Numbered from the stretch's first letter, positions 8,080 through 17,949 are shown. The stretch is DNA of 64,000 bases from an uncultured candidatus Brocadiaceae bacterium (GCA_964592385.1 CAZQEQ010000006.1:1328-65327), one strand, 5' to 3'. Notes: a model not told the origin generated them from the letters alone. Numbers and translations are program-made.

Positions 8080-9897
8080 TCAGCGGACGGGCGCTTCCGT
8101 GCTCATCTGCCAGTGGACGGCGTCGCCGGGGAAGGTCAGGTCGAAGCACAGGTCGCTCGCCCCCCAGCCGCGGTTCAGGTCCGGCCCGAAGCCCCAGGCG
8201 AAGACACGGTGCTGGTCCACGAACGTCCGTTCCCCCTGCGACAGGTAAACGCCCGAAAGGGCGGCCCTGGTACCCGCATCGGGTTCGAGCGACACGACGT
8301 TGAGCCGCTCGAGCGCGGCAGCGGGGATCGTGGCGGTCACCTCCGCCCCGTCCTCTGCCGGCCCGACCTCGGCAATGGCCTCGCCGTTGACCACCAGGCG
8401 CGCCTTCCCGGTCATGCCGGAGGCGGTGCCGTGCAGGACGGCGTCATGCGCCGCCGCGAAGTCATCCGCACGCCCCGTGAGCACCAGGTACGGCTCGGTG
8501 AGCGTGTGCGTCGCCCCGTCGGTAGCCGCGGTCACGGTGAGGGAATGGAAGCCGTCCGCCGCGCCGCCAACGTCCAGGCTGATCTCGAAGTCGCCCCACA
8601 TCCGTCTCCGCGCGAACGGGACCTCTTGCGTCGTATCGTCCAGGCCGACCTCCAGCCGGGTCACCTCACCCGCGGGGTCCCAGAACTGTCCCCGCACGAC
8701 GAGGGCGTCCGCCGTGCGCAGCGTGACGAACCGGCGCGGCTCGTTGACGATGATCGCGTGGTCTTCCTCCAGCGGCTTGTAGAAGGTGTCGAGCCGGTCC
8801 TCTTCGACCACGACGACGCGGTAGCCGGGCGGCCGACCGTCCTGGTTGCGGCGGGGGCGGCCCCGGCTGTCGCGCGGCGACTGCGCGACGCCGGTCACCA
8901 GCACGTTGGCCGGAAACGTGGACTCCTCGCTGCCGGGCGGAAAGACGCGCCCCTCGGTGTGATGGTGCCCCATCAGGCCGAGTGTCAGGCCCAGGTCCGC
9001 CACGGCGCGCAGCGGGTCGCTGCCGTGCGTCAGCAGCACGGTGCGCTCGCCGGGCGCCGAGCGGACGTCCTGCTCGATCCAGGCCCGTGTCCCCGGCGAG
9101 AAGTGGTCCCACTCTCCCCCGACGATCCGCGCGAACGGCACCCCGACCAGGTGCACGCCCGCGAAGGAGAACGACCACCGGGCGGGGCAGACGTAGCGCT
9201 CCCAGCAGCGGTTGCCGAACAGGGGATGGTAGAGTTCCTCGTGGGTGAACCCGCTGCGGCCGCGCCCCCCGTATTCCACAGTGTCGTGGTTGCCCGCCAC
9301 CATGAAGACCGGCGAGCCAAAGGTCTCGAAGTAGTGCCCGATCTCCGAAAAGGAGCGCACCAGCTCGTCCGGGCGGCTCACTGCCGGGTCGCCGCTGCGC
9401 ATGTCGCCCGTGCAGACGTAGAAGGCCGGCGCCAGCGGCAGGCCCTCGCACTCCCGCCGCGCCGCGCGCATCGCCGGCCAGTCCCCGTGCACGTCCGTGA
9501 TCTGCACGAAGGCAAAGGGCAACCCCCGCTCGTCCCTCCGCAGGCCGAAGTCCACGCCGCTCTGCTCGTCCTGCTCCACGCGCCGGAACCACGGGCCCGT
9601 CGGCCAGGTGCCCGAAGGAAAGCCGACCGACACGCAGATGAACGGCTCCTCGGCGACCAGCCGGTACCGCCCCTCCGCGTCGGTGACGGCGGAGCCGTCG
9701 AGCGCGTCGACGCGCACCCCCGGGACGCCCCCTTCGTCCGCGCCACGGAGCCCGTCGCCGTCCTCGTCCCAATAGACGGTCCCCTCCGCCGTGCGAGCGC
9801 CGGCGGCGCGCGGCGTCTCAACCTGCCCGAGGGCCGCCCCGGCGGCCAGGAACAACGCTGCTGCGGCAACCGTCAACGTCTGTTTCGCCCGGATCAT
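8080..9897 (-). CDS. Exported calcineurin-like metallophosphoesterase with N-terminal SdrD-B-like domain
   Basis: Signal peptide; GTVYWDEDGDG; motifs DVHGD, TGD, GNHD, TH, GHHH. Confidence 0.82.
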   Translation of the reverse strand: MIRAKQTLTVAAAALFLAAGAALGQVETPRAAGARTAEGTVYWDEDGDGLRGADEGGVPGVRVDALDGSAVTDAEGRYRLVAEEPFICVSVGFPSGTWPTGPWFRRVEQDEQSGVDFGLRRDERGLPFAFVQITDVHGDWPAMRAARRECEGLPLAPAFYVCTGDMRSGDPAVSRPDELVRSFSEIGHYFETFGSPVFMVAGNHDTVEYGGRGRSGFTHEELYHPLFGNRCWERYVCPARWSFSFAGVHLVGVPFARIVGGEWDHFSPGTRAWIEQDVRSAPGERTVLLTHGSDPLRAVADLGLTLGLMGHHHTEGRVFPPGSEESTFPANVLVTGVAQSPRDSRGRPRRNQDGRPPGYRVVVVEEDRLDTFYKPLEEDHAIIVNEPRRFVTLRTADALVVRGQFWDPAGEVTRLEVGLDDTTQEVPFARRRMWGDFEISLDVGGAADGFHSLTVTAATDGATHTLTEPYLVLTGRADDFAAAHDAVLHGTASGMTGKARLVVNGEAIAEVGPAEDGAEVTATIPAAALERLNVVSLEPDAGTRAALSGVYLSQGERTFVDQHRVFAWGFGPDLNRGWGASDLCFDLTFPGDAVHWQMSTEAPVR

Positions 9898-9950
9898 GGG
9901 ACCCCTCCCTGCGCTCCGTGGCACGCGTCGTCGGAGAGCGCGCAAATTCG

Positions 9951-9980
9951 AGGATACCTGTGCCGGGCGCAGCCTGTCAA
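9951..9980 (-). promoter_or_regulatory. Putative sigma70 promoter of the phosphoesterase
   Basis: TTGACA-18-TATCCT on the minus strand. Confidence 0.55.
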
Positions 9981-10010
9981 CACGCCGGGCTCGTGCGGGC
10001 ATCTTTTTTC

Positions 10011-10039
10011 TTGCTTTGGAGCGCCCGGTACGGTAGATT
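10011..10039 (+). promoter_or_regulatory. Putative promoter of csp copy 1
   Basis: TTGCTT-17-TAGATT; same -35 as the copy-2 promoter and nearly the same distance to ATG. Confidence 0.55.
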
Positions 10040-10393
10040 TCTTGCGCTGAAGGCGTGCCCTCATGCGCCCTTTGGGCGTCACGTCCAGGGGTCGCGTGGC
10101 GCGGCCCGAGGAATGTTCTGTGACTAAACGACCCGTCTGGAAGGTTCCTTCCCGGATGGCCGGTCCCGAGGACCAAGCACCTGCCGGCATCGTCACCCCT
10201 GCCGTGGGTTCCCTCCTCCTGGCAGGGGAGGCGGCGCACAGGCCGCAGTCCTTGGAGTTACGAACGCTCTTCCAGCCGCTCACGCACCGGGCGACGTGAA
10301 TGGCTGTGCGCCTTCGAGGCTGTCGAGCCGCCGGCGCCGCAAGGCGTCGGGGCTCATAGCATATGAGACGTTCGTTTAGTGCGAGGTTACGCA

Positions 10394-10597
10394 ATGGCTG
10401 AAGGCAAAGTTAAGTGGTTCAGCGATCAGAAGGGCTACGGTTTCATCGAGCCCAACGACGGCAGCCCGGACGTGTTCGTTCATCACAGCGCGATCCAGGG
10501 CGTAGGGTTCAAGACGCTGTCTGAAAACGACGCGGTCCAGTACGAAGTTGAGCAGGGCCCTAAGGGTCCGAGGGCTGTAAACGTCGTGAAGCTGTGA
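10394..10597 (+). CDS. csp: Cold-shock protein (CspA family), copy 1
   Basis: [15 protein letters not shown] (RNP1), VFVHHSAI (RNP2); 67 aa. Confidence 0.97.
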   Translation: MAEGKVKWFSDQKGYGFIEPNDGSPDVFVHHSAIQGVGFKTLSENDAVQYEVEQGPKGPRAVNVVKL

Positions 10598-10627
10598 AGC
10601 AGCGCTGAACCGCATTGGATTGAAGTG

Positions 10628-10664
10628 GGCGCCGTTGCGCGGAGGGACGCGACGGCGTCTTTCT
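10628..10664 (+). terminator. Intrinsic terminator after csp copy 1
   Basis: Stem GGCGCCGTTGCG/CGCGACGGCGTC followed by TTTCT. Confidence 0.7.
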
Positions 10665-10702
10665 GTACCCCTTCGCCGGGCCCCGCGGTCCCATGTTTCC
10701 GC

Positions 10703-10731
10703 TTGCTTTCCTGCGCCAGACGTGATATACT
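10703..10731 (+). promoter_or_regulatory. Putative promoter of csp copy 2
   Basis: TTGCTT-17-TATACT with extended TGn. Confidence 0.65.
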
Positions 10732-11082
10732 TCGCGGTGAAAGATGCGCTCCGATGCGCCCTGTGGGCGGCACGGCCTGGTGCCGTGCGGAGTGGTCTGG
10801 GGGGTCGTTCTGAAACTATGTGAGCCCCTTCGATGACGCCCCTTGGGGGGCCGATGCGCGGGCGGCCGAGTTCCCCTGGCTTTGCTTTCCCTACCGAGGG
10901 TTCCCTCCCTTCGGCATAAATGCGTGCCTCGGAGTACTCATCCGTAGTTGCGAACGGCGCTTCTGCCTGCTCAGCGACCCGGAAGCGTCAGTGGCTGCGC
11001 GGCTTTCAGACGTTCGGGCGCACCACGCACGCCGTGTGCGTCGGCCCGAACGGAAGCAACCGTTTTCTTACGAGGTTACGTG

Positions 11083-11286
11083 ATGGCTGAAGGAAAAGTT
11101 AAGTGGTTCAGTGATCAGAAGGGCTTCGGCTTTATCGAGCCGAACGACGGCAGCAAGGACGTTTTCGTACACCACAGCGCCATTCAGGGCGCGGGCTTCA
11201 AGACCCTGTCCGAGAACGACGCGGTGCAGTACGAAGTCGAGCAGGGCCAGAAGGGCCCCAGGGCCGTGAACGTGGTCAAGCTGTAA
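11083..11286 (+). CDS. csp: Cold-shock protein (CspA family), copy 2
   Basis: 63/67 aa identical to copy 1; RNP1 and RNP2 motifs. Confidence 0.97.
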   Translation: MAEGKVKWFSDQKGFGFIEPNDGSKDVFVHHSAIQGAGFKTLSENDAVQYEVEQGQKGPRAVNVVKL

Positions 11287-11315
11287 GACAGCGCTGAATC
11301 ACAGCGGACTGTAAT

Positions 11316-11358
11316 GGGCGCCGTTGCGCGAGGGACGCAACGGTGCCCGTTCTCTTTT
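11316..11358 (+). terminator. Intrinsic terminator after csp copy 2
   Basis: Stem GGGCGCCGTTGCG/CGCAACGGTGCCC followed by GTTCTCTTTT. Confidence 0.72.
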
Positions 11359-11360
11359 AA

Positions 11361-11565
11361 CCACGCAGGCACGGAGAGCACGGGGAACGCAAAAGGACGA
11401 ACGAGACGGCAAAGACTGACAAACGGACGCCACGCACGAGGTCTGGTCGCCAGGAAGGCTGAAGTCAGCAACCACAACGGTGTCCAGAGGTGTTGCAGTT
11501 GACGGCCAGCTCTGCTGCTTCTCACTCCTTCCTTGCCGTTCTCCGTGTTCTCCGTGCCTCCGTGG
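11361..11565. repeat. Element bounded by 29-bp imperfect inverted repeats with 9-nt periodicity
   Basis: 11361-11389 vs reverse complement of 11537-11565: 26/29 identical. Confidence 0.7.
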
Positions 11566-11714
11566 TGAGATCCGTTGTCGTTCGCCGTTGCCGTGCCTCA
11601 CGCCTCAAGTCTCCGGCCTCAAGCCTGTCGTCACCTCCCCGCACTTGCATCCCCCCGCCCGTCGGGTATAAGAGCGCACTTGCACTCACTCTCCTGTCAA
11701 AAGGGACGTCCGCA

Positions 11715-12878
11715 ATGGCCGAGAGCATCATCGACACGGACATGGGCCAGATGACGCACCGCGAGCGGTTCCGCCGCACGATGCACTTCCAGAAGGTCGA
11801 CCGTGTGCCCCACTGGGAGTTCGGCTACCTCGGGGAGACGCAGGACCGCTGGCACCAGGAGGGCCTGCCCGCCCAATACGACAACGACTGGCGCATCGAA
11901 TCCTACTTCGGCGTGGACCCCTCGCGGCACGTCCCGTTCCACGGCGGCATAGAGCCGTCATTCGAGGGCGAGTGGGAAGTGCTACAAAAGGGAGAGGACT
12001 GGCGCAGGGTCCGCACCCCGGACGGCGCAATCTTCGAGGAAAAGACCAGCGGCATCAGGACGATCCCCCATTACATCAAGATGCCCGTCGAGAACCGCGA
12101 TGATTGGGCGCGGTTCAAGGAACGCCTCGACCCGGAGGACCCGCGCAGGTTCGGGACCGACTACAAGGCGCTCGGCCAGGAGCTGATGCGCAGCGACCTG
12201 CCGGTCGGCATCGGGCTCGGCTCCTACTTCGGCATCCCGCGCGATTGGCTCGGCTTCGAGCGCATCTCGATGATGCTCTACGACGACCGGGACCTGGTGG
12301 AGGACATCGTCGAGACGCTCACGCGTATCTACTACCGCCAGATCGAGGAGGCGCTGAAGTACATCGAGGTGGACTTCGCCGCCGGCTGGGAGGACATCTG
12401 CTTCCGCAGCGGGCCGATGCTCAGCCCGCAGATGTTCCGCGAGATCGTCGGCCCCAGGCTCAAGCGCGTCTGCGACCTCCTGCGCCAGCACGGCTGCACC
12501 GTGATCTGGACGGACTGCGACGGCGACGTGACGCCGCTGGTGCCGATATGGCTGGAGGCGGGCCTGAACTGCATGTTCCCGCTCGAGGTCTTCCCCGGCA
12601 GCGACCCGGTCAAGTACCGCGAGATGTGGGGGCGGCAGATACTGCTGCGCGGCGGCCTGAACAAGCACCTGCTCGCCGAGGGGAAGCGGGAGATCATCGC
12701 CGAGTTGAAGCGCGTCGAGCACGTCGTCGAGGACGGCGGCTTCATCCCCCACGGCGACCACCGCATCCCGCAGACCGTCTCGCTCGAGAACTACCGGTAC
12801 TACATCCGCAACAAGCTGGCCATGCTCGGCTGGCGGGACGACGACATAGCCCAGGTCGAGGGGCTGCGCGGCGCGTAA
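11715..12878 (+). CDS. Uroporphyrinogen decarboxylase-like / MtaA-CmuA methyltransferase superfamily protein
   Basis: MTHRERFRRTMHFQKVDRVP, WEDIC...PMLSPQMFRE, DCDGDV, GGFIPHGDHRIP. Confidence 0.8.
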   Translation: MAESIIDTDMGQMTHRERFRRTMHFQKVDRVPHWEFGYLGETQDRWHQEGLPAQYDNDWRIESYFGVDPSRHVPFHGGIEPSFEGEWEVLQKGEDWRRVRTPDGAIFEEKTSGIRTIPHYIKMPVENRDDWARFKERLDPEDPRRFGTDYKALGQELMRSDLPVGIGLGSYFGIPRDWLGFERISMMLYDDRDLVEDIVETLTRIYYRQIEEALKYIEVDFAAGWEDICFRSGPMLSPQMFREIVGPRLKRVCDLLRQHGCTVIWTDCDGDVTPLVPIWLEAGLNCMFPLEVFPGSDPVKYREMWGRQILLRGGLNKHLLAEGKREIIAELKRVEHVVEDGGFIPHGDHRIPQTVSLENYRYYIRNKLAMLGWRDDDIAQVEGLRGA

Positions 12879-12890
12879 GGCCACGGCATT

Positions 12891-12918
12891 AACGCAGAGA
12901 ACGCAGAGAACGCGGAGA
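12891..12918 (+). repeat. 9-nt periodic repeat (AACGCAGAG x3, degenerate)
   Basis: AACGCAGAG AACGCAGAG AACGCGGAG; related copies at 26661 and 33131. Confidence 0.7.
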
Positions 12919-12971
12919 CGGGACGAGAGGATGGGCGCGTCGCCTTGCGCAGGTAGCGCCGGACGCATCAG

Positions 12972-14570
12972 TCACCACCGCCGGCCCTTCAACTCCTCCA
13001 GGTCTTGATCGGTCAGGCCGAGGCCCTTCAGGTCACCGGTGCCCAAGCCCACCTTCCTCAAGTCGCTGAGGATCAGACCCGGGTATACCGATGGAGCCAC
13101 GTACCCCGGCAGGGCCGAGTACAACGAGAAGTCCATTAACTCGTCGCGCAAGGCGGCCTGCTGTGCGCCGCGAAGCTGGGGGTCGAGCACCCGCAAGGGC
13201 AGGTCCCATCCTTCGCCCACGAAGAGCGTTCCAGCACGCCGTACGGCCTCCTCCGCGGGAAGCCCCTTATCATCCTTGCCGTCCTGCCCGACGCTGTAAA
13301 GGAGAATACCCTCATTGGTCCTTCGATACACGAGAGGAGCCTCGGTGAAGGGATCCGGGGGCAGCGTCTCTAAGATGTCCGGGACAAGTTCCTCGAGGGA
13401 ATCGGGCCAGCGCCCATGCATCATGCGCCACTTCTCCACCAGCAGCGCCGTCCGCGCCATCGCGAGTTGCGCCTTGCTCTGCGCCTCGTCGCGGAACATG
13501 CTGCCCATGTCAGGCACCGTCTGTGCGGACAGTGGATAGCGCCACTTCGACACCCAGAACTCCCTATCAACCATGTCGCGGATACCTATCCCTTTGACTA
13601 CCTTCTCGGGCGGCGCAGCCGCCGTCAACTCGGCGTACTGGTCCATCACGCCGTGGAAGAACAGGGCATCCTTCTGCCGCCAGCCGGGAACCCACCCGTA
13701 GGCCAGCCGGCGAATCGGCCCCTCCTTTTCGAGCATCACATCCGCACGGACAAACGCATCAGTTCCCAATGATCTCTCACTGACGAGAGTCAAGCCGAGC
13801 GAGAGCCCTCTTTCCTCCAGTTCGAATTCCCGGGCGAGGGCGTCGAGCGCCGCCTCGTCCATCCGGCAGAGCCCCATTATGCGCTCCAGGTTCCCGACCG
13901 CCATCCAGGCCAAGTCCAGCCTAGCCGTCGCCGCGATCATAACCGGTCGTTCCCCAAAGGACGCGGCGAGACGCCGATACGCCACCAGAGACCGGGCCGC
14001 GCCAGCGGCGTCGCCTTGGATGGCCCGCAGGAGCGCCTCCCGACCGCAGAGCCGGCCGAGGTCGCGCAGGCCTTGAACATCGGGGAACTGAAGGTCCCGA
14101 TAGTCGGACTTGGGCTCCAGCGGGTAAGAGCCCCCCGGGAGCCGCGCGGCCTCGTGGCAAAGCCGCAGGGCCTCGGCGTTCGCTTCCAGATCGGTGCGCA
14201 GCCAGCCCTGCACGGTCTCCGAGGGCAGCGTGCCGACCACTCGGCCAAACCTGCAGGAGTCCAGCAAGTCGCTCTCGGCCGTCTTCTGAAGTGCGTCGCG
14301 CGCTTTGAGAAAGCCCAGCGCGGAGTTCTCCTCGTCGGGAAGGTAGTTGTGCCGGCTGACGAGTTCTTCAACGGTCAGGATCTGGCCGTCGGCGCGGAGC
14401 TGGGCGAGCTTCGCATTCAGCCTGCGCGTCCAGTACGAGTCGTAGATACACCCCGCCAGGACGAGAAGCGCCGCCAGGCCAAGCACGATAACGGCAGCCC
14501 TGCGCCGCCGTGCCCGGCGGCGCGTCGCAAGCTCCCGCAGAAGGTCGGCCTCTTCCGCATCGAGACCCAC
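12972..14570 (-). CDS. Uncharacterised membrane-anchored protein with C-terminal pseudopilin-like motif (paralog A)
   Basis: N-terminal TM; GRWPDSLEELVP...PPDPF...LLYSVGQDGKDD; clear paralog of 20318-21865. Confidence 0.8.
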   Translation of the reverse strand: MGLDAEEADLLRELATRRRARRRRAAVIVLGLAALLVLAGCIYDSYWTRRLNAKLAQLRADGQILTVEELVSRHNYLPDEENSALGFLKARDALQKTAESDLLDSCRFGRVVGTLPSETVQGWLRTDLEANAEALRLCHEAARLPGGSYPLEPKSDYRDLQFPDVQGLRDLGRLCGREALLRAIQGDAAGAARSLVAYRRLAASFGERPVMIAATARLDLAWMAVGNLERIMGLCRMDEAALDALAREFELEERGLSLGLTLVSERSLGTDAFVRADVMLEKEGPIRRLAYGWVPGWRQKDALFFHGVMDQYAELTAAAPPEKVVKGIGIRDMVDREFWVSKWRYPLSAQTVPDMGSMFRDEAQSKAQLAMARTALLVEKWRMMHGRWPDSLEELVPDILETLPPDPFTEAPLVYRRTNEGILLYSVGQDGKDDKGLPAEEAVRRAGTLFVGEGWDLPLRVLDPQLRGAQQAALRDELMDFSLYSALPGYVAPSVYPGLILSDLRKVGLGTGDLKGLGLTDQDLEELKGRRW

Positions 14571-14597
14571 ATTGCCTCCCGGGCCCGAATAGCTGCG

Positions 14598-15644
14598 TCA
14601 CACCAGCGGAGCGGCTTCCTTGCGGGCCAGCAGTATCTGGACGAACGCCTCCAGGCGCGTCTTGAGCTGGCCGCTCAGGGGCCCCGGCCGGTCGGCCTCC
14701 AACGTCAGGACGGGCACGGGCAGGCGCTCCCGGATGATGCGGTCCTCGATGCGCCGGTGGCAGAAGCTCTGCACGTAGTGGATGACGCCGTCCAGGCCTC
14801 GCTGCCTGCACTCGATCCGGATGTCCTCGATGCGCCGGAAGACGCCGTAAGGGTAGGTGTACCGGCTGTACTGGTCCGCCAGCAGCGACGCCGCCTGGAG
14901 CATGGCGAACTGGCGCTGCGTCTCGTTATAGACCACCAGCGCGCCGAGGGATTCCAGGAAGTCGTAGATATCCGGGACGATGGGGGGCACGCCGCAGTAG
15001 CCGAGCCGCAGGGAGTAAGGCACGGGCGTGCAGCCGGTGGCGACGCTGAGGAAGTGCTCGGCCTCTCGGCGGTAGCGGTAGGGGTCGGCGCAGAAGTCGC
15101 TCGCGCTGACCAGCCAGAGGTGGTTCTCCTTGCCCCGTACGGTCAATCCCCGCCAGCTCAAGCGGTCGATCTCGGCCGCCGCCGAGCGGGCCGGCGCGAG
15201 GCGCTCCCGCCACTTCTCGGCCTCGTTCAGGTCGGCTTCGAACATGGCGGCCAGCTCCTGGAGCGCCCGCTGCATGGCCCCCGCCTCCGGCTTCTGCGGG
15301 TAGTTGAACCGCAGGCAGCGGACCCCCTCGTGCTCCAGCACCTCAAGCAGCGCCTCGGTGTTGGCGCAATCGCCCCGCGTCACGCCCAGCACGCACTTGA
15401 CGTCGTGCCGCCGCACGGCGCCGTACAGGCCCTTCGTCCAGCAGCAGCACGTCCGCGGGAAGCCCGACCGCTCGGCCAGCGCGATCAGCTCCACCGGGTC
15501 CTCGGCGCCGATGAACAGGTTGTTCAGGTCCACCGGCACCAGGCCCGCCGCGTACAGGACCTCGATGGGCACGCTGGTGGTTATGCCGACCGTCTTGTCG
15601 GCCGGCAGATTGGCGGGCACGCGCGGCGGCAGAACGTGTCTCAT
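14598..15644 (-). CDS. 2-hydroxyacyl-CoA dehydratase family protein (HgdB/FldB-like)
   Basis: GFPRTCCCWTKG, RGDCANTEAL, IHYVQSFCHR, LEADRPGPLSGQLKTRLEAF. Confidence 0.82.
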   Translation of the reverse strand: MRHVLPPRVPANLPADKTVGITTSVPIEVLYAAGLVPVDLNNLFIGAEDPVELIALAERSGFPRTCCCWTKGLYGAVRRHDVKCVLGVTRGDCANTEALLEVLEHEGVRCLRFNYPQKPEAGAMQRALQELAAMFEADLNEAEKWRERLAPARSAAAEIDRLSWRGLTVRGKENHLWLVSASDFCADPYRYRREAEHFLSVATGCTPVPYSLRLGYCGVPPIVPDIYDFLESLGALVVYNETQRQFAMLQAASLLADQYSRYTYPYGVFRRIEDIRIECRQRGLDGVIHYVQSFCHRRIEDRIIRERLPVPVLTLEADRPGPLSGQLKTRLEAFVQILLARKEAAPLV

Positions 15645-15745
15645 GTGCAGGCAGCCTCCGAAACCGGCGTCCCATTGTATGCCGGGCCGGCCGCGTGTCA
15701 ACGACGGCCAAGGCGGATTGCGGATGCCGCACTGCGGAACGGCAA

Positions 15746-16033
15746 CCCTTCGACAAGCTCAGGGCAAGCGGCCAACGGCAACGACACGGGACACGGATGA
15801 ACACGGATGCACACGGATGACGGCGGACGGCAGGCGGGAGGCGCAAGGATGAAGGCAGAAGCTTGCCCGCCGTACGGCGGGGCAGAAGGATGAAGTGACG
15901 GCAAGGCGCGGCGAATCCTCCCTGCCGTTAACAAGCAACCGGCAACCCCTCGCCTCCGCTCGGGGCAGGCCCCTCGAACCGCCTGCGGTGCACTCGTGGC
16001 AGGCAAGAGACGAGCAATCCGCCGTACGGCGGA
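15746..16033. repeat. Intergenic patchwork of short palindromic/periodic repeats
   Basis: CCCTTCGACAAGCTCAGGG hairpin (15746), ACACGGATG(A/C) x3 (15791-15820), CCGCCGTACGGCGG x2 (15867, 16019), CCCCTCGCCTCCGCTCGGGG (15946). Confidence 0.65.
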
Positions 16034-16065
16034 CAACAAGGAACAAGCAGCAAGGAGGTCTGCCC

Positions 16066-17418
16066 TCAGAGCGAGCCGGATTCGATGAGGTTCTCGACGA
16101 AGCGCACGTCGAACTCGCCGCTGACGTACCCGCCGTGCTGGATCAGCTCCCGGTAGAACGGGACGCTGCTGTGGATGCCCTCGACGACGAACTCGCCCAG
16201 CGCGCGGCGCAGGCAGGCCAGCGCCTCACGGCGCGTCGGCTGGTGCACGATGAGCTTGGCAATCATCGAGTCGTAGTGGGGCTTGACCTCGTAGCCGGCG
16301 TGGGCGTGCGTGTCCACGCGGACGCCCGGGCCGCCCGGGACAATGAACTCCGTGATGGTGCCGGGCGAGGTCCGAAAGCTGTCGGACGGATTCTCCGCGT
16401 TGATGCGGCACTCGATGGCCACGCCGTGGAACTCGACGCGCTTCTGCTGGAGCGTGAGCTTCTCGCCGGCCGCGATGCGAAGCTGCTCCTTGACCAGGTC
16501 CACGCCGGTGACTGCTTCCGTGACGGGGTGCTCCACCTGGAGCCGGGCGTTCATCTCGATGAAGTAGAAGCCCTTCTCGCGGTCCACCAGGAACTCGATG
16601 GTCCCGGCGTTCGAGTAGCCGACGGCGGAGGCGATGCGCACCGCAGCGGACGTCACCTTGTCCCGCAGGTCGTTGTCTATGCCGGGGCTGGGGGTCTCCT
16701 CGATGAGCTTCTGGAACCGCCTTTGGATGGAACAGTCGCGCTCGCCCAGGTGTATGCAGTTGCCGTGCCGGTCGGCCAGTATCTGGACTTCGACGTGGCG
16801 GGCGTGTTCGAGGACCTTTTCCAGATAGACGGCGGGGTTCTTGAAGGCGGCGTTGGCCTCGTTGCGCGCCAGGGCGAGCATGTTCTTCAGGCTGATGTCG
16901 TTGTGGGCTATGCGCATTCCGCGGCCGCCTCCGCCGGCGGCGGCTTTGATCATGACGGGGTAGCCGATCTTGTGGGCGAGTTCGAGGGCCTCCTCGTCGT
17001 CCTCCAGGGGCCCTTCGCTTCCCGGGATGACGGGGACGCGGTGCTCCTGGGCGATCTTCCGGGCCTGGACCTTGTTGCCCATCTTGCGCATGACTTCGGA
17101 GGAGGGCCCGATGAAGACGATGTTGGATTCCTCGCAGATCTCGGCGAAGTTGTCCTCCTCGGCCAGGAAGCCGTAACCGGGGTGGATGGCGTCGACGTTG
17201 GTGATCTCGGCGGCGCTGATGATGCGAGGGATGTTGAGGTAGCTCTCGGCGGGCGGGGCGTCGCCGATACAGACGGCCTCGTCGGCCAGGTCAAGGTAGC
17301 GGGCGCCGGCGTCGGACTTGGAATAGACGGCGACGGTTTCGATACCCATCTCCTTGCAGGCGCGCAGGACGCGGAGGGCGATCTCTCCCCGGTTTGCGAT
17401 AAGAACTCTGCTGAACAT
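16066..17418 (-). CDS. accC: Acetyl-CoA carboxylase, biotin carboxylase subunit
   Basis: [56 protein letters not shown]. Confidence 0.97.
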   Translation of the reverse strand: MFSRVLIANRGEIALRVLRACKEMGIETVAVYSKSDAGARYLDLADEAVCIGDAPPAESYLNIPRIISAAEITNVDAIHPGYGFLAEEDNFAEICEESNIVFIGPSSEVMRKMGNKVQARKIAQEHRVPVIPGSEGPLEDDEEALELAHKIGYPVMIKAAAGGGGRGMRIAHNDISLKNMLALARNEANAAFKNPAVYLEKVLEHARHVEVQILADRHGNCIHLGERDCSIQRRFQKLIEETPSPGIDNDLRDKVTSAAVRIASAVGYSNAGTIEFLVDREKGFYFIEMNARLQVEHPVTEAVTGVDLVKEQLRIAAGEKLTLQQKRVEFHGVAIECRINAENPSDSFRTSPGTITEFIVPGGPGVRVDTHAHAGYEVKPHYDSMIAKLIVHQPTRREALACLRRALGEFVVEGIHSSVPFYRELIQHGGYVSGEFDVRFVENLIESGSL

Positions 17419-17469
17419 GGCGCTGTGCCAGAGAAAAAGCCTGTGTTGAACCAGTGGCGGCGGGGCGCG

Positions 17470-17949
17470 CTACCCCTCGGCGGGCTCGACCAGGAAGAGC
17501 ACCTGCCCGTATTCGACCGGCTCCGTGTCCTGGACCAGGATCTCGACGATGACGCCGGCCGCCTCCGCCTTGATCTCGTTCATCACCTTCATGGCCTCGA
17601 TGATGCAGACGACGGAGTCCTGGCTGACTTCCGAACCGATGCTCACGTAGGGGTCGGCCCCCGGGTTGGGCGCCCGGTAGAAAGTGCCCACCATGGGCGA
17701 GGTGATTTCGATAAGGTTCTCCTCCTTGGACGGCGGGGCCTCTTCGGTCGCTTCGCCGGGACTCTGGAGGGCCGGATGGTAGCCAGGGACGTGTTGCAGG
17801 TGAGGCAGGCCGAAGCCGACGGGCGGGAACTGCGGGGGGATGTTCTTGCGGATCTTGACGCGCAGATCCCCCTCCTCGACCTCGAGCTCCGCCAGGTCGT
17901 GGGCCGCCATTATCTCAATGAGCTTCCGGACTCGTTCCACCGCGTCCAT
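17470..17949 (-). CDS. accB: Biotin carboxyl carrier protein
   Basis: [11 protein letters not shown] and [11 protein letters not shown] (biotinylated Lys). Confidence 0.96.
   Translation of the reverse strand: MDAVERVRKLIEIMAAHDLAELEVEEGDLRVKIRKNIPPQFPPVGFGLPHLQHVPGYHPALQSPGEATEEAPPSKEENLIEITSPMVGTFYRAPNPGADPYVSIGSEVSQDSVVCIIEAMKVMNEIKAEAAGVIVEILVQDTEPVEYGQVLFLVEPAEG

Noticed and set aside
7399-10050. 883-aa ORF and other long antisense or alternate-frame ORFs (15895-18039, 29473-32664, 38367-40730, 59414-62137)
   Set aside because: They shadow well-supported genes, are Arg/Gly/Ala/Pro-rich with no motifs, and are expected from high-GC codon bias.
10046-10393. SRP RNA, 6S RNA or tmRNA in the csp leaders
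   Set aside because: Diagnostic motifs such as the SRP CAGG-CCGGAAGG-AGCAG loop are not present.
10820-11083. 87-aa ORF in the csp2 leader ending on the csp ATG
   Set aside because: No RBS, no family resemblance and no counterpart in the homologous csp1 leader.
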